The notes beneath the pieces were generated by a model. That model did no database searches. It worked only from the letters and a program-made list of their open reading frames with translations, and was not told where the DNA came from. This document shows, in pieces, positions 16,831 to 27,361 of a DNA stretch of 55,193 bases; positions within the stretch are counted from its first letter, which is position 1; the number at the start of each line of letters is the position of its first letter. Made by a program: the position numbers and the translations under genes. The DNA is from a virus (taxonomy: Duplodnaviria > Caudoviricetes), in the IMG/VR virus record IMGVR_UViG_3300048686_000358, positions 1 to 55,193 of that record, one strand, 5' to 3'.

Positions 16831-18143
16831 TAATAATTAAACTCATCATCTAGTTTATTTTGTATTAAATAATATTCCATATTTTTGTGTTCTGGAAATA
16901 CTTCAAAAAAACTTTCATTTCTTATACTGTCTAGTTTTTTAGTTATTTTGCTAAAAAACTTTAAAGTATGTGTAAGCGGTGATGCTCCTGCATCTGAATA
17001 CATAAACTTTATAGCATTTTCATATCTACTTACCGTGTTATGATATATCCCATAAGTTTTCAACCACTCTATTTGTTTTAAGAATGCTTCTTCAATTTCA
17101 CGCTTTTTCCAGTCAGGTATATTTTTTAAGCAATAATAGGGAGGTGTGTCTAACGGATTAATCATAATGTTATCTGGCTCTATCAATCCTAACTCTACCC
17201 ATTCTCTGTGAAATTCTATTAAATTAAATGCATTAGGCCAACTCAATGTAAATGATATATTAAACTTGACATGCGGACATTCACGCATCATTAGTTTTCT
17301 ATTTTCTACAACTGTGTTCCAATCAGTACCGCTACGCCAGTATTCAGCCTTTTTATGATTACCGTCTAAACTAGCATTGACACTCACATTCTTGAATTCT
17401 TTCCAATATTCAATAACATTGGGATAATTTTTCAATTGAAAATTACTAAAATTAGTATTATACCTTATCTGTACATCAAAATTTTCTAGTGTAATGAGTT
17501 GATTTAGAACTTCATAATGCTCTTTTTGCATCAGTGGTTCACCACCTGCAAAATAAATTATTTTTGCAGTAGATAAATGTGGTAATATTTCTTCTAGTGC
17601 TTGTTCTTCGGTCTTACCGGGATATTGAAAGCCATCATCAATTTCACTCCTCTCAGTTCGATTGTATAGTTTTCTATGATCCAGTATCCAACTAGTACTA
17701 AAATGAGGGGCACAACTACGACATTTTAAATTACAAAGATTGTTGTAACGAACATCTATATAAAATAATTTATGTTCTTCAACTGTACCATCTGGTTTAG
17801 TATTTGCTACAATATCTTGTATATCTTGATTGTTGTTAAAAAATTCTTCGTTGTATGCATTATAAAATGCATCACCTATTTCAGCACGATTATTACATAT
17901 TCCGCAGTTTTGATGCTGTTCCCCGTTGAGAAACTGTAGGCGCATCTTGCGTGTCTTTTCATTATTCCATATTTCTTTTAGTGTGTTTTTTTTGAGATTA
18001 CCAATTTCATTAACACCATTATAAACGCAACAAGGTTTTACATCGCCCGGTGGACCGACATATTGATGTATCCATGGAAATATACAAAATGTCTTGCTTT
18101 TTTTAGCCATCTCAAGAGGATTAAACTCATTCTGCGTTGTCAT
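16830..18143 (-). CDS. Radical SAM enzyme with N-terminal twitch-like domain (CxxPW subtype)
   Basis: 437 aa. FCIFPW..GDVKPCC..CGIC, then CNLKCRSC and AGGEP. Confidence 0.93.
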   Translation of the reverse strand: MTTQNEFNPLEMAKKSKTFCIFPWIHQYVGPPGDVKPCCVYNGVNEIGNLKKNTLKEIWNNEKTRKMRLQFLNGEQHQNCGICNNRAEIGDAFYNAYNEEFFNNNQDIQDIVANTKPDGTVEEHKLFYIDVRYNNLCNLKCRSCAPHFSTSWILDHRKLYNRTERSEIDDGFQYPGKTEEQALEEILPHLSTAKIIYFAGGEPLMQKEHYEVLNQLITLENFDVQIRYNTNFSNFQLKNYPNVIEYWKEFKNVSVNASLDGNHKKAEYWRSGTDWNTVVENRKLMMRECPHVKFNISFTLSWPNAFNLIEFHREWVELGLIEPDNIMINPLDTPPYYCLKNIPDWKKREIEEAFLKQIEWLKTYGIYHNTVSRYENAIKFMYSDAGASPLTHTLKFFSKITKKLDSIRNESFFEVFPEHKNMEYYLIQNKLDDEFNY

Positions 18144-19443
18144 ATGGTTTTAGTTTTTCATGCAATTCTGGAAACACTTCTTCAAATGTTTCATTTCGTA
18201 TACTATCTAACAATTTGGTTTCTCTATAAAATACAGGGATAAGGTTAGTCTCATCTTTACTGTTCATCATATTTATAGCATTTTGCCAGTGCTCCATATA
18301 GATATCATAATGAAAATCATGCTCTTGTGTTTCTTCGAGCCAAGCCATATGTTTCTGTATTTTTTCTGTAACTTCTTCTTTAATGTCCGGTGGCAATGCT
18401 GTTGTTCTCAACCAAACAGGATCATGCAGTGTGTTCAAATAAAATCCAAAGTTTGTACCATTCCCTCGTTTGAACAATTCGCTATCACACATGTACCTAT
18501 GTAAATCTACAGACTCGCTTGCATTTAATAAACTATATACGGCACTTACACCATAGTCAGCATTAGGTAAATATTCTTTACAAGTTTTGATCCAGTCTAG
18601 AGCCTTTTCCCACTCAAAACCTTTTCTGATATATTCGCCTTTTGCACCAATGGCATCAATACTGCCAACCATAAAGACATTATGAAAGTTTTTCAGCATT
18701 TCAAATGCATGATAATCTTTTAAAGTGTATGATGTTAAATTAGTATTATATCTAATTTTAACTGTGGTTTTATTCATATCAATCAATAACTGCAAGAAAG
18801 CATAGTGATCTTCTTGCATCATAGGTTCGCCACCACTAAAGTGTATTTCCGTATATGGATCTACCATGTTAACTAACTCTACTAAATCATCCTTCATATG
18901 TGTGACTGTTTCATTAGTAAGTAATGTCACGGGTTTATTAGTAGCACGACCTAATTTAATTTCATCTTGTATCCAACTTGTACTTAGACCCGGTCCACAC
19001 GTTCTGCATTTCATGTTGCATAAGTTATTGAAAATTAAATCAATTGTGGATATCTTTATATCCTCAACAGAACCATCTTCATTAGTATGTTTTACAATAT
19101 CTTTGTATTTGTCATAACCATTTTGTCCAGTATGATCGGGGAAATTTCTATACCGGTCATTGAATCGTTGGCGCATACTAATACCGTTCATATCTTCTTC
19201 AGACCAACAACGGTGGCATGCCGTAGGCTTTTTGCCATTCAAAAAATCATAGCGTAGTTTATTCCATTTTTCACTATGAAATATGTCGCTTATTTTTTCA
19301 TCATTCCAATTACCTAATTTGTGGCTACTATGATGGCTATAGTAACAACAAGGCATAACCTTACCATCAGGTTCAGTATGAATTTGAAGCCATGGAACAC
19401 TACAAAAATGTTCTGGAAAATTATCTATGTCTTTATCAATCAT
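18127..19443 (-). CDS. Radical SAM enzyme with N-terminal twitch-like domain (CxxPW subtype)
   Basis: 438 aa. FCSVPW..GKVMPCC..CHRCW, then CNMKCRTC and SGGEP. Confidence 0.93.
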   Translation of the reverse strand: MIDKDIDNFPEHFCSVPWLQIHTEPDGKVMPCCYYSHHSSHKLGNWNDEKISDIFHSEKWNKLRYDFLNGKKPTACHRCWSEEDMNGISMRQRFNDRYRNFPDHTGQNGYDKYKDIVKHTNEDGSVEDIKISTIDLIFNNLCNMKCRTCGPGLSTSWIQDEIKLGRATNKPVTLLTNETVTHMKDDLVELVNMVDPYTEIHFSGGEPMMQEDHYAFLQLLIDMNKTTVKIRYNTNLTSYTLKDYHAFEMLKNFHNVFMVGSIDAIGAKGEYIRKGFEWEKALDWIKTCKEYLPNADYGVSAVYSLLNASESVDLHRYMCDSELFKRGNGTNFGFYLNTLHDPVWLRTTALPPDIKEEVTEKIQKHMAWLEETQEHDFHYDIYMEHWQNAINMMNSKDETNLIPVFYRETKLLDSIRNETFEEVFPELHEKLKPYDNAE

Positions 19444-20746
19444 GTGTCAACCATAAGTTTAATTCAGGGAAAGTCTGACTAAAGTTTTTGTTTCTTCTTT
19501 GGTCATACTCATGTACAAATATTAAAAATTGATTTTTTCTCCAGCGTCTTTCTTCGTCAGTCATGGTGGTTTTTCTGGCTTTCCAGTAATCATATACCAT
19601 TTGCCATGTCTCATGTTCGACACTAGTTAATTGATTACCATACATTTGAATGATTCTATTCGTTCTTTCAAAATAATTATCACAGTAATCAGGTAATATT
19701 CTTAAATCAAATTGTTTAGGATCAGTTAATCTAGCGCAGTTGAACATAATATCTACACCATCTGCTCTAAGTTCTACAACTTTTTCTAAGAACAATTGAA
19801 AATTAAAAATACTCATCAATCCAAAAGTTACCATAATACGAATAGGAACTTTAAACATCGTGCTTACTTTTCGTACAGTTTGTTCCCATGTTTCAATATC
19901 TAATCCGTCTCTAATATATTCTGCTTGAGGTCCCCAAGTATCCATACTAGTATAGACTTCTAGTCCTTTAATCGTTTTTGCATTTAATAATGCTGTCGCT
20001 TTTTCAAAGAACATATTTAAGTTCTTTTCAGGTACACATAGGTTGGTATTAACAACTAGTGTTAAGTTAGGATTATGGTTTTCAGCAACATAATCAAGTA
20101 ACTTCATAAAGTTTCTAGTTGCAAGCGGTTCACCGCCTGTGATTCTTAAATATCTTAAATCTTTATATGCATCGGGTAACCATTTCCAAAAAGCATCAAT
20201 GTATGGATTATCATCTTCGGGAATCATATCATGCATTTTATCTTTATGCACAGTTGGATCTTCTACGGGATAACTTCCATATTTTCTAACTTCATGTTCC
20301 CAGCGGCTACTTTGTCCCGGACTACAATAACTACATGCAAAATTGCAGGTATTTGCAAAACTTAACTCAAGGTAAGACGGGTTAATATGCTTTTCGTATG
20401 GATTATTTAATATTTCGGCTCTGCGTTCAATAGCCCATGGTTCATTAGTAAATCGTTTTCTATCACTTATAGCATTAGGATTGATAGCCTCCATATTAAA
20501 GCAGTAATAGCATTCATTGGGTTGTTGCCCTGACAACATTTGTCTGCGTTGGTCTAATTTATGACCTGTATTGTGTAATGTACTGGGCGTACTTTTAACT
20601 TGCTCTAAATCCCAACGATGAATGGGCGGGTGATAACAACTGTGATTTTCTCCCATGCCGAAATGCATGGTAACCATTAACCATTTTGCGGCGCAAAATG
20701 AATGACTTATTTCATTTGGAATAGGGGTGATTGGTATTGTATTCAT
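19436..20746 (-). CDS. Radical SAM enzyme with N-terminal twitch-like domain (CxAK subtype)
   Basis: 436 aa. FCAAKW..SCYHP..CYYCF, then CNFACSYC and TGGEP. Confidence 0.93.
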   Translation of the reverse strand: MNTIPITPIPNEISHSFCAAKWLMVTMHFGMGENHSCYHPPIHRWDLEQVKSTPSTLHNTGHKLDQRRQMLSGQQPNECYYCFNMEAINPNAISDRKRFTNEPWAIERRAEILNNPYEKHINPSYLELSFANTCNFACSYCSPGQSSRWEHEVRKYGSYPVEDPTVHKDKMHDMIPEDDNPYIDAFWKWLPDAYKDLRYLRITGGEPLATRNFMKLLDYVAENHNPNLTLVVNTNLCVPEKNLNMFFEKATALLNAKTIKGLEVYTSMDTWGPQAEYIRDGLDIETWEQTVRKVSTMFKVPIRIMVTFGLMSIFNFQLFLEKVVELRADGVDIMFNCARLTDPKQFDLRILPDYCDNYFERTNRIIQMYGNQLTSVEHETWQMVYDYWKARKTTMTDEERRWRKNQFLIFVHEYDQRRNKNFSQTFPELNLWLTHD

Positions 20747-21921
20747 ATAAAGTTACTTAGTTCAGGAATATAGTCTTTGTAATTTAAGTTTCTTGCTTTA
20801 TCAACTGCTGTTATAAACTCTTTTGCTTTAGTCAGTAATTGAGGTTCATAACTGACATGCAACTTAGCAAACAAATCATTTCTTTGATATTCGGGAAGTT
20901 TATTACTGTAGTGATTTCTTAATTCTTCTTTATAAAAGTCAGGTAAAGTTGCCAAACTTAAATAATCAGGATAAAGCACATAATTATGATATGGTGTTTT
21001 GCTATAGTTTGATTGTAACCAATCACTTAATTCTGTTAAATTATGTATGTTTAACATGCTTACCGTTTGCGTTACGTGCCAGTCAACATTTGATAATTGA
21101 TTAAGTTTATTAATACTACTAACAGTTTGATCCCATTGCGTCGGATATCTAATATAATAGTTTCGCAACCCGACATCATCAATACTAGCATTAACTGTAA
21201 CTTTCTTAAACGGTTCCCATAATTTAATTAGTTGGTCTGGTATATCCATCATGTTTAGACTATACACAAGATGTACATTTTCTGCAACGTTTAAGTTAAT
21301 AAGATATTTTAAATATTCAAAGTGTTGTTTTATAAGTGTAGGTTCGCCACCGTTAATATAAATTTCTTCAACAAATTTTGATTTGTGTGCTAGGTCAAAA
21401 TAAAATTCATCTTTTTCAAACCATTTGAAATTTTCCAATGGACGTAGTTTAAACCAACTTAAGTCTTGTGATATTTTCTTTTCATCGGGATACCATTTAC
21501 TTGAACTATAACTGTTACAAGTTAAGCAGGCATTGTTGCACACATTACCCAAACGTAATTCTATGTAAATTAAATTAATATCATCAAGTTTTGCTTTTTG
21601 TTCAAGTTTGGGGATAATGTGTGCCCAACGCTCATTTTCATATTGTCTTTTACTTTTAATACCCTTATCTTCATCACTCCAGCAACCTTCACACTCAATT
21701 GGTCTTTCTCCATTAAGCATTTTTTGTCTGACCTCTATGAACTTTTCACTATTCATAATGTCAGATATGTTATCATTATCTAATGAAACAAGACTTTGTG
21801 ATCCTGTTTTTTTAGCCCAACTTATGGCATCAGTATGATTACTTCGGCAGCAAAGACTAGCACCGCCGTTTGGGTGTGTGGCAAGATGCATCCACGGCAA
21901 TACACAGAGTGTTTTACTCAT
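20743..21921 (-). CDS. Radical SAM enzyme with N-terminal twitch-like domain (CxxPW subtype)
   Basis: 392 aa. LCVLPW..SLCC..CEGCW, then CNNACLTC and NGGEP. Confidence 0.93.
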   Translation of the reverse strand: MSKTLCVLPWMHLATHPNGGASLCCRSNHTDAISWAKKTGSQSLVSLDNDNISDIMNSEKFIEVRQKMLNGERPIECEGCWSDEDKGIKSKRQYENERWAHIIPKLEQKAKLDDINLIYIELRLGNVCNNACLTCNSYSSSKWYPDEKKISQDLSWFKLRPLENFKWFEKDEFYFDLAHKSKFVEEIYINGGEPTLIKQHFEYLKYLINLNVAENVHLVYSLNMMDIPDQLIKLWEPFKKVTVNASIDDVGLRNYYIRYPTQWDQTVSSINKLNQLSNVDWHVTQTVSMLNIHNLTELSDWLQSNYSKTPYHNYVLYPDYLSLATLPDFYKEELRNHYSNKLPEYQRNDLFAKLHVSYEPQLLTKAKEFITAVDKARNLNYKDYIPELSNFI

Positions 21922-23315
21922 CCTATGCTATCCCACCATTCTAGTAGTTTTGAATTTGTAGAGTATATACTACGCATAGTAACCTTTTCATCCCCACGAA
22001 TCTTTTCTAAATGTTCTACCCATCGTTTACCATTTAGTCTAGCAGTCTTATAGGTGTCAGGCCATTCTTCTTCATGTGTTTTACGACTATTCTTCAATGC
22101 TTCTAAGTTAGCAATTAATTGACGTTGCTTCCATGTTGCTCTTGGCTGACAATATGCAATGATATCATCACACATTTCATTTAGTATTTCACGTGGCCAA
22201 CTAGTTGGACTCCACATAATATCAGGATGAAATGCAAAGGTAATCTTTGTAATGATTTCAACATCTAATTCAATACTCAAATCAAACAAGTCTTTTAAAC
22301 TGAACATACCAGGTGCGGTAATAGTCAAGTCTAGTTTCATTTTATCTTTGCCGCCCGGTAGTGCTAGGCCCTGCTTGAAGTTATCTAACCATTTATCCCA
22401 TTTAATACCTGTGCGAATGTACTCTACAATCTCGCCGGTGCCATCGATACTAGCACACATCATCCAGTCTTTATATTTGGGTAGATAATCATATAAGTTT
22501 TTGTCACCAAACTGAACGCGGCTTAGATTACTGTTGTAGCGCATATAGCAATTCTTATTACTGCCATTACGTAACATTTCTTCTAATGTCCACCAATGCA
22601 CATCATACATCAATGGTTCGCCGCCCACCCAATACATTTCTTCTACAATGCCGCGACTTACTGCATCACGGAATTCTGGTTCAACTACAGTCTGTTGAAA
22701 GTCTTGCATTGCTGACTTGATTTCAGGAACCATAAAAGGTTGATTCTTCGGAGTCCACATGTTGTGAACTTTCTTTTCTGTTTCCCATGTTGAACTTAAT
22801 TGTTCACCACACATACGACACTTGAAATTACATAGATTACTAAAACGATAATCAAAACTAATTGGCTCCATTGTTGTGTAACCAGTTTCGTCAGTTTTAT
22901 CAAATGCTTCTTGTATCTTATGCTTAAACAATGTACCGGTAAACCAACCTCGATAACTTTCACCTTCCATCAATAGATTGTTGTTACATACATCACATTG
23001 TGGTATGGCTTCTCCGCGCATTAACTTAACACGAATGTCACGCATATATGGACTGTTCCAATGTTCTTTTAGTGAAACAGGTTTATATGCATCTAATGAA
23101 GTTTTAGATTCTTTTACTTCGCCATACTTTTCATCGTTTGTTGAATCAATATATTGTTTTTGAAAACTATGCTCTTCCCGTGACGCACAACACATTCTGC
23201 GTTCACTTTGTGGGCTGATATAGGTATGAGTCCAAGGTGCCATACAGAACACCTTGTTTTTGCTATCAGGATGGGGCTTTGCATTATCGCCCCATAATGG
23301 TATAATTTTTGTCAT
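21918..23315 (-). CDS. Radical SAM enzyme with N-terminal twitch-like domain (CxxPW subtype)
   Basis: 465 aa. FCMAPW..RMCC..CDVC, then CNFKCRMC and VGGEP. Confidence 0.93.
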   Translation of the reverse strand: MTKIIPLWGDNAKPHPDSKNKVFCMAPWTHTYISPQSERRMCCASREEHSFQKQYIDSTNDEKYGEVKESKTSLDAYKPVSLKEHWNSPYMRDIRVKLMRGEAIPQCDVCNNNLLMEGESYRGWFTGTLFKHKIQEAFDKTDETGYTTMEPISFDYRFSNLCNFKCRMCGEQLSSTWETEKKVHNMWTPKNQPFMVPEIKSAMQDFQQTVVEPEFRDAVSRGIVEEMYWVGGEPLMYDVHWWTLEEMLRNGSNKNCYMRYNSNLSRVQFGDKNLYDYLPKYKDWMMCASIDGTGEIVEYIRTGIKWDKWLDNFKQGLALPGGKDKMKLDLTITAPGMFSLKDLFDLSIELDVEIITKITFAFHPDIMWSPTSWPREILNEMCDDIIAYCQPRATWKQRQLIANLEALKNSRKTHEEEWPDTYKTARLNGKRWVEHLEKIRGDEKVTMRSIYSTNSKLLEWWDSIG

Positions 23316-24838
23316 TGTAAGTCTGGATTGACGAACACATCCTTACTTGGATCTTCTGGTGGATGATCAGGAATATGATTTACGCCATCACGATATTGTC
23401 CTGTAAGTATTTCTTCTTGTAATGGGAGTTCTGTTTCAATACTATCATACCATTGAACAAATTCGGGAGGGAATGTAGCACGGAAATTCTTACCGCGGCG
23501 TACATCATACTGATGATAGAATTGCTTAAAATCACGCTTGTTCTGCTCAGGATCCTTAACATTCTTATGTGGTGTTTTGATAACGTCAAGATAATCAATC
23601 AATCGTTGTGTTTGCTCACGTTCAATACTCATAAGCATTTGCTTACCGTCTCTAGTACGATAATCTGCTTCAATTTGTTTATTTAACCATGCTTGCAATT
23701 CGTTGCTATACTTTTGACGAATCTCCATTGGAAGCATAGCGCAACTTTGGAAACTAGGGAAACGCAAGATATTCAAACTCATTGTTGGGTAGCAAGTATC
23801 GTAAATGCGTTTGAACTCCATCATTTGATCCATAAACTGAACAATGCTCGCAAGACACAAACTATTGATAGTCATCATCATATGTGTCTTTTTGATATTG
23901 CCTTCAGTATGCAATCTTTGTAGATTATGTATCCACTTGTTCCAGTTGAAACCATCACGAATATATTCAGCATGTGGACCGAAACTCTCACAACTTGTAT
24001 ATACTTCAAGCCAGGGAACATAATGACTTAATTCAATAAGTCTGTCCATAATTTCATCTTTAGGCACAAGATTACTGTTAATAGCATAGCGCATAACTTT
24101 GCCGTCAGGTCTATTCTTAACACGCTCTTGGTTGTCGCGGAACCATTCAAAGAGTTTCCATACACCGGCAGCCATTAATGGCTCGCCACCTGTAATACGA
24201 ATTTCTTCTAGGTTATCAGCAAGACCGTTTGGCATTTCCCACCACTTCCAAAACGCCTGACTATATGGATTGATATCGTCAGGCATAGGTTTAGCATGAT
24301 CGGCTTCATTAATGAAGTGACTTCTTGCATCACCATTGATGTTACGATATGGACCAAACTTGTGAATATCTTTTACCCATGTTGTACTAAAACTAGGATT
24401 GCAATAACTACATGCAAAATTACAAGTACGGTCAAAACTAATTTCTAATGTTTTTAACATTGTATTAGTTTGCCAATCACTTTGTGCAGCCTCAATAATA
24501 TGCTTTTCATCAAACACCGCAGTTTTGTATACTCGGTCACTTATTGATCCACGACCCAAATCTTCAATCTTCCAGCAGTATTCACATTCTTGCGGACGCT
24601 TGCCTTCCTGCATAAGTTTACGCATGTACTTCTTATGTTGACTATTATGAATAGCACTTGGATTATTAATTAATTCACCTGCATCAATTTGATGCCCCAA
24701 TGGGTGGTGACAACTAGTTGTCTGCCCGTTGCCTAACCAAATAGTTGCGTTCAACCATTTAGCGGCGCAAAAACTATCACTAATCTTGTCAATTAGTCTG
24801 ACCTTATATTCGTGAAAACTTTCTTCGTGTCTTTTCAT
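23312..24838 (-). CDS. Radical SAM enzyme with N-terminal twitch-like domain (CxAK subtype)
   Basis: 508 aa. FCAAKW..SCHHP..CEYCW, then CNFACSYC and TGGEP. Confidence 0.93.
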   Translation of the reverse strand: MKRHEESFHEYKVRLIDKISDSFCAAKWLNATIWLGNGQTTSCHHPLGHQIDAGELINNPSAIHNSQHKKYMRKLMQEGKRPQECEYCWKIEDLGRGSISDRVYKTAVFDEKHIIEAAQSDWQTNTMLKTLEISFDRTCNFACSYCNPSFSTTWVKDIHKFGPYRNINGDARSHFINEADHAKPMPDDINPYSQAFWKWWEMPNGLADNLEEIRITGGEPLMAAGVWKLFEWFRDNQERVKNRPDGKVMRYAINSNLVPKDEIMDRLIELSHYVPWLEVYTSCESFGPHAEYIRDGFNWNKWIHNLQRLHTEGNIKKTHMMMTINSLCLASIVQFMDQMMEFKRIYDTCYPTMSLNILRFPSFQSCAMLPMEIRQKYSNELQAWLNKQIEADYRTRDGKQMLMSIEREQTQRLIDYLDVIKTPHKNVKDPEQNKRDFKQFYHQYDVRRGKNFRATFPPEFVQWYDSIETELPLQEEILTGQYRDGVNHIPDHPPEDPSKDVFVNPDLQ

Positions 24839-24845
24839 ATCTTCC

Positions 24846-26411
24846 TCAATGTTTGGTATGTGCTTTTATGCATTCTCTCCAGTAACTTTTTAGTTCTGGA
24901 AAGGTTTCTAAGAAATTTGTTTGCCTGCGTCTATCATATTCACTAATGAACATGTAGAAGTTGTTTTTATTTAGTTGCAATTGCTCTGATGGTAGAGATT
25001 CCTTCATTATAGCCAAATCTCGTTTGATTTTTAGTATTTCGTATGGTTTAAAACCTTCAAATGTTTCTAAATAATCATCACCCTGTACATTTTCTTCCAT
25101 GTATTTTAGACATCGTTCTACTTCATCAATGCCATATTGTCCACTGTTTTGAATGCTAAACCAGGGGGGATAACGCAATATTGGAATGTCAAAGAATACC
25201 CGCTGAAATTTCTTTTGCTTGTATACTTTATGGACAATATTATTTTCTTTTTCTATTTCAGTTTGCTCGGGGGCAATCTCAAACTCAACTTGACTTCTGC
25301 CACCAAATTCTTTTCTAAGTTCCAATATCATTTCTAAAAACTTATGTAAACTTGGAATACTTAAAATGTTAAAGGTATTAATGAAACTAACTGTACTGTA
25401 TTTTGTCTCACGCAAAAAGGTACGTACATTATTAAGCATTCGTTCAAACTCTAACCCGGTACGCATATATTCTGCTTGTTTACCATACCCATCCAAACTT
25501 ACAAACAACCAAAAATGTTTGAAACCTTTATCTACATACCAATGATTGCCACTGAACTCATTAAAGTTTTCTTTATCTTCGTATGTTCGTAGTTCTTCGA
25601 TTGCTTTTACTTTGTCTAAAAATTTATCAAATAACTTTTGATCTGGCGGACACATGTTACTTGTGATACTTAATTCAAGTTGTCCATGTGGGTTTTCATT
25701 AACATAGTCTAATACTCTGAAGGTGTTTTTATCCATTAATGGTTCACCACCTGTCATACGAAACACCCGTAACTTACGATAGATATTAGGCCACCATTCC
25801 CAAAATGCATCTACATAAGGGTTCTCTTTCTGTGCTACCTTAAGTGGCATCAAGCCTTTTTTGTCTAGTGCAGTTAAATCATTATGCACCATATTGGCTA
25901 GTTTATAACCACCGTGTTTCTTAACTTCTTCTTCCCAAGACGTAGATAAGTGTGGGCTACAGTACATGCATTTAAAATTACATGCTTGATTGAAATTAAC
26001 CTCTACATATCTAGGTGTTACATCATAATCAAAGGTATTACTTGTAACTTCTTCAAATGTTGGTGCATTCCACCACTCACTACTACGATAATGCCTATCA
26101 CTCATATGACCTTTGGGGTCATCACTTTCTGCATCTTCTACTTTCCAACAATAACTACAGCCTTCAGGGCGTTTACCCTCAAGCATCATCTTGCGTTCTT
26201 GTTTCTTTTGAGGTGTATTATGTAACGCACTGGCCTGTGTTTTTAACAATTCAACAGGTATTTTGTGTGTAGGAGGATGATAACAACTCTGTGTTAGTCC
26301 TTGCGGCAGATGCAAACTCACCTGTTGCCATTTAGCAAGACATAGAGATGGACTGACCGCATTTAAGCGGTCACGCATGTCTCTAGCAAATTGGTCATAC
26401 TCTCCTGACAT
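24846..26411 (-). CDS. Radical SAM enzyme with N-terminal twitch-like domain (CxAK subtype)
   Basis: 521 aa. LCLAKW..SCYHP..CSYCW, then CNFKCMYC and TGGEP. Confidence 0.93.
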   Translation of the reverse strand: MSGEYDQFARDMRDRLNAVSPSLCLAKWQQVSLHLPQGLTQSCYHPPTHKIPVELLKTQASALHNTPQKKQERKMMLEGKRPEGCSYCWKVEDAESDDPKGHMSDRHYRSSEWWNAPTFEEVTSNTFDYDVTPRYVEVNFNQACNFKCMYCSPHLSTSWEEEVKKHGGYKLANMVHNDLTALDKKGLMPLKVAQKENPYVDAFWEWWPNIYRKLRVFRMTGGEPLMDKNTFRVLDYVNENPHGQLELSITSNMCPPDQKLFDKFLDKVKAIEELRTYEDKENFNEFSGNHWYVDKGFKHFWLFVSLDGYGKQAEYMRTGLEFERMLNNVRTFLRETKYSTVSFINTFNILSIPSLHKFLEMILELRKEFGGRSQVEFEIAPEQTEIEKENNIVHKVYKQKKFQRVFFDIPILRYPPWFSIQNSGQYGIDEVERCLKYMEENVQGDDYLETFEGFKPYEILKIKRDLAIMKESLPSEQLQLNKNNFYMFISEYDRRRQTNFLETFPELKSYWRECIKAHTKH

Positions 26412-27361
26412 TACCAGCCTTCGATTTCACGAATCACATCCATTTCACGAACAAGAGGACCACGATTGTGTTTGTCTGCATTCAAGTGTCGTTTGAAAAA
26501 CTTACTTTGATCTTCGTTGAGTGTGCAGATAGGTAAACCAACTTTTAATATCAATTCTTTACCAAGCATTTCAGCAACGGTCATAGGTGTATTGTCTTTA
26601 TACTTTTCCCATAGTTCTTTTAAATTATCAAACCATTGCACTTCTTTAGGATCCCAATCGGTAAGCATAGTCATATATGTACCTAACCGTGCACCCATGA
26701 TAGCCCAATCACCGTTTTCTACATCTAAACCGACATTGTGCCATATCGTTAAATTGTTTAAATTTCTGCTTGCTACTGTTTCTTTAAATTCGGCAAGTTC
26801 TGGTTTCATACCTCGATTCAAGCACATCTTAACTCCCTCACGAAAGCCAGCACGCCATGCTTGAAATGGAGTATAGTTGGGATATGTCGTAGAATAACAA
26901 TCCCACATAGCCCAATAAATGTTATCGCTACTATCCAAACAAAAATCAACAGTAGTTTTATTATCGCCGTCGCTATGTTCATGTGTTTTCATGTTCATAA
27001 CATATTCTTTAGTCCATGAACTCATACCACCATTGCCGTAACGCAAGCCATTAATGTTGTTAATTGCTTTCCAACGATATTGTGCTTTTTTAAAGATAGG
27101 ATCAACTTCTCTAAAGTCAAGTTGTATATCAAAAAACTTTTCTTCAGGCATATTATCACCGTCAATTAAAATAAAGCGTTCAGTATCACTCGCCTCTGCA
27201 GCGGCTTTGTGTGCGGCGTCGCTGCCTTTTACTCCATCAACACGCTTTGCCCAAGGCACCATGTTCTTTACTTTGAGCCAAAATTCTTCTTTCTGCGGCT
27301 CATCGTAACTTAGATAAATGCAGTCTAAATCTGCTACATCAATAATATCATCATAATTCAT
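26411..27361 (-). CDS. Putative GT-A fold glycosyltransferase
   Basis: 316 aa. DCIYLSYDEP, RVDGVKGSDAAHKAAA, DxD motif FILIDGDN, NGLRYGNGG, AWRAGFREG. Confidence 0.72.
   Translation of the reverse strand: MNYDDIIDVADLDCIYLSYDEPQKEEFWLKVKNMVPWAKRVDGVKGSDAAHKAAAEASDTERFILIDGDNMPEEKFFDIQLDFREVDPIFKKAQYRWKAINNINGLRYGNGGMSSWTKEYVMNMKTHEHSDGDNKTTVDFCLDSSDNIYWAMWDCYSTTYPNYTPFQAWRAGFREGVKMCLNRGMKPELAEFKETVASRNLNNLTIWHNVGLDVENGDWAIMGARLGTYMTMLTDWDPKEVQWFDNLKELWEKYKDNTPMTVAEMLGKELILKVGLPICTLNEDQSKFFKRHLNADKHNRGPLVREMDVIREIEGW

Noticed and set aside
14393-26411. Named assignments such as moaA, pqqE, nirJ, anSME or queE for the radical SAM genes
   Set aside because: Partner genes for those pathways are absent, and the N-terminal twitch architecture does not match them. 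No gene symbol is justified.
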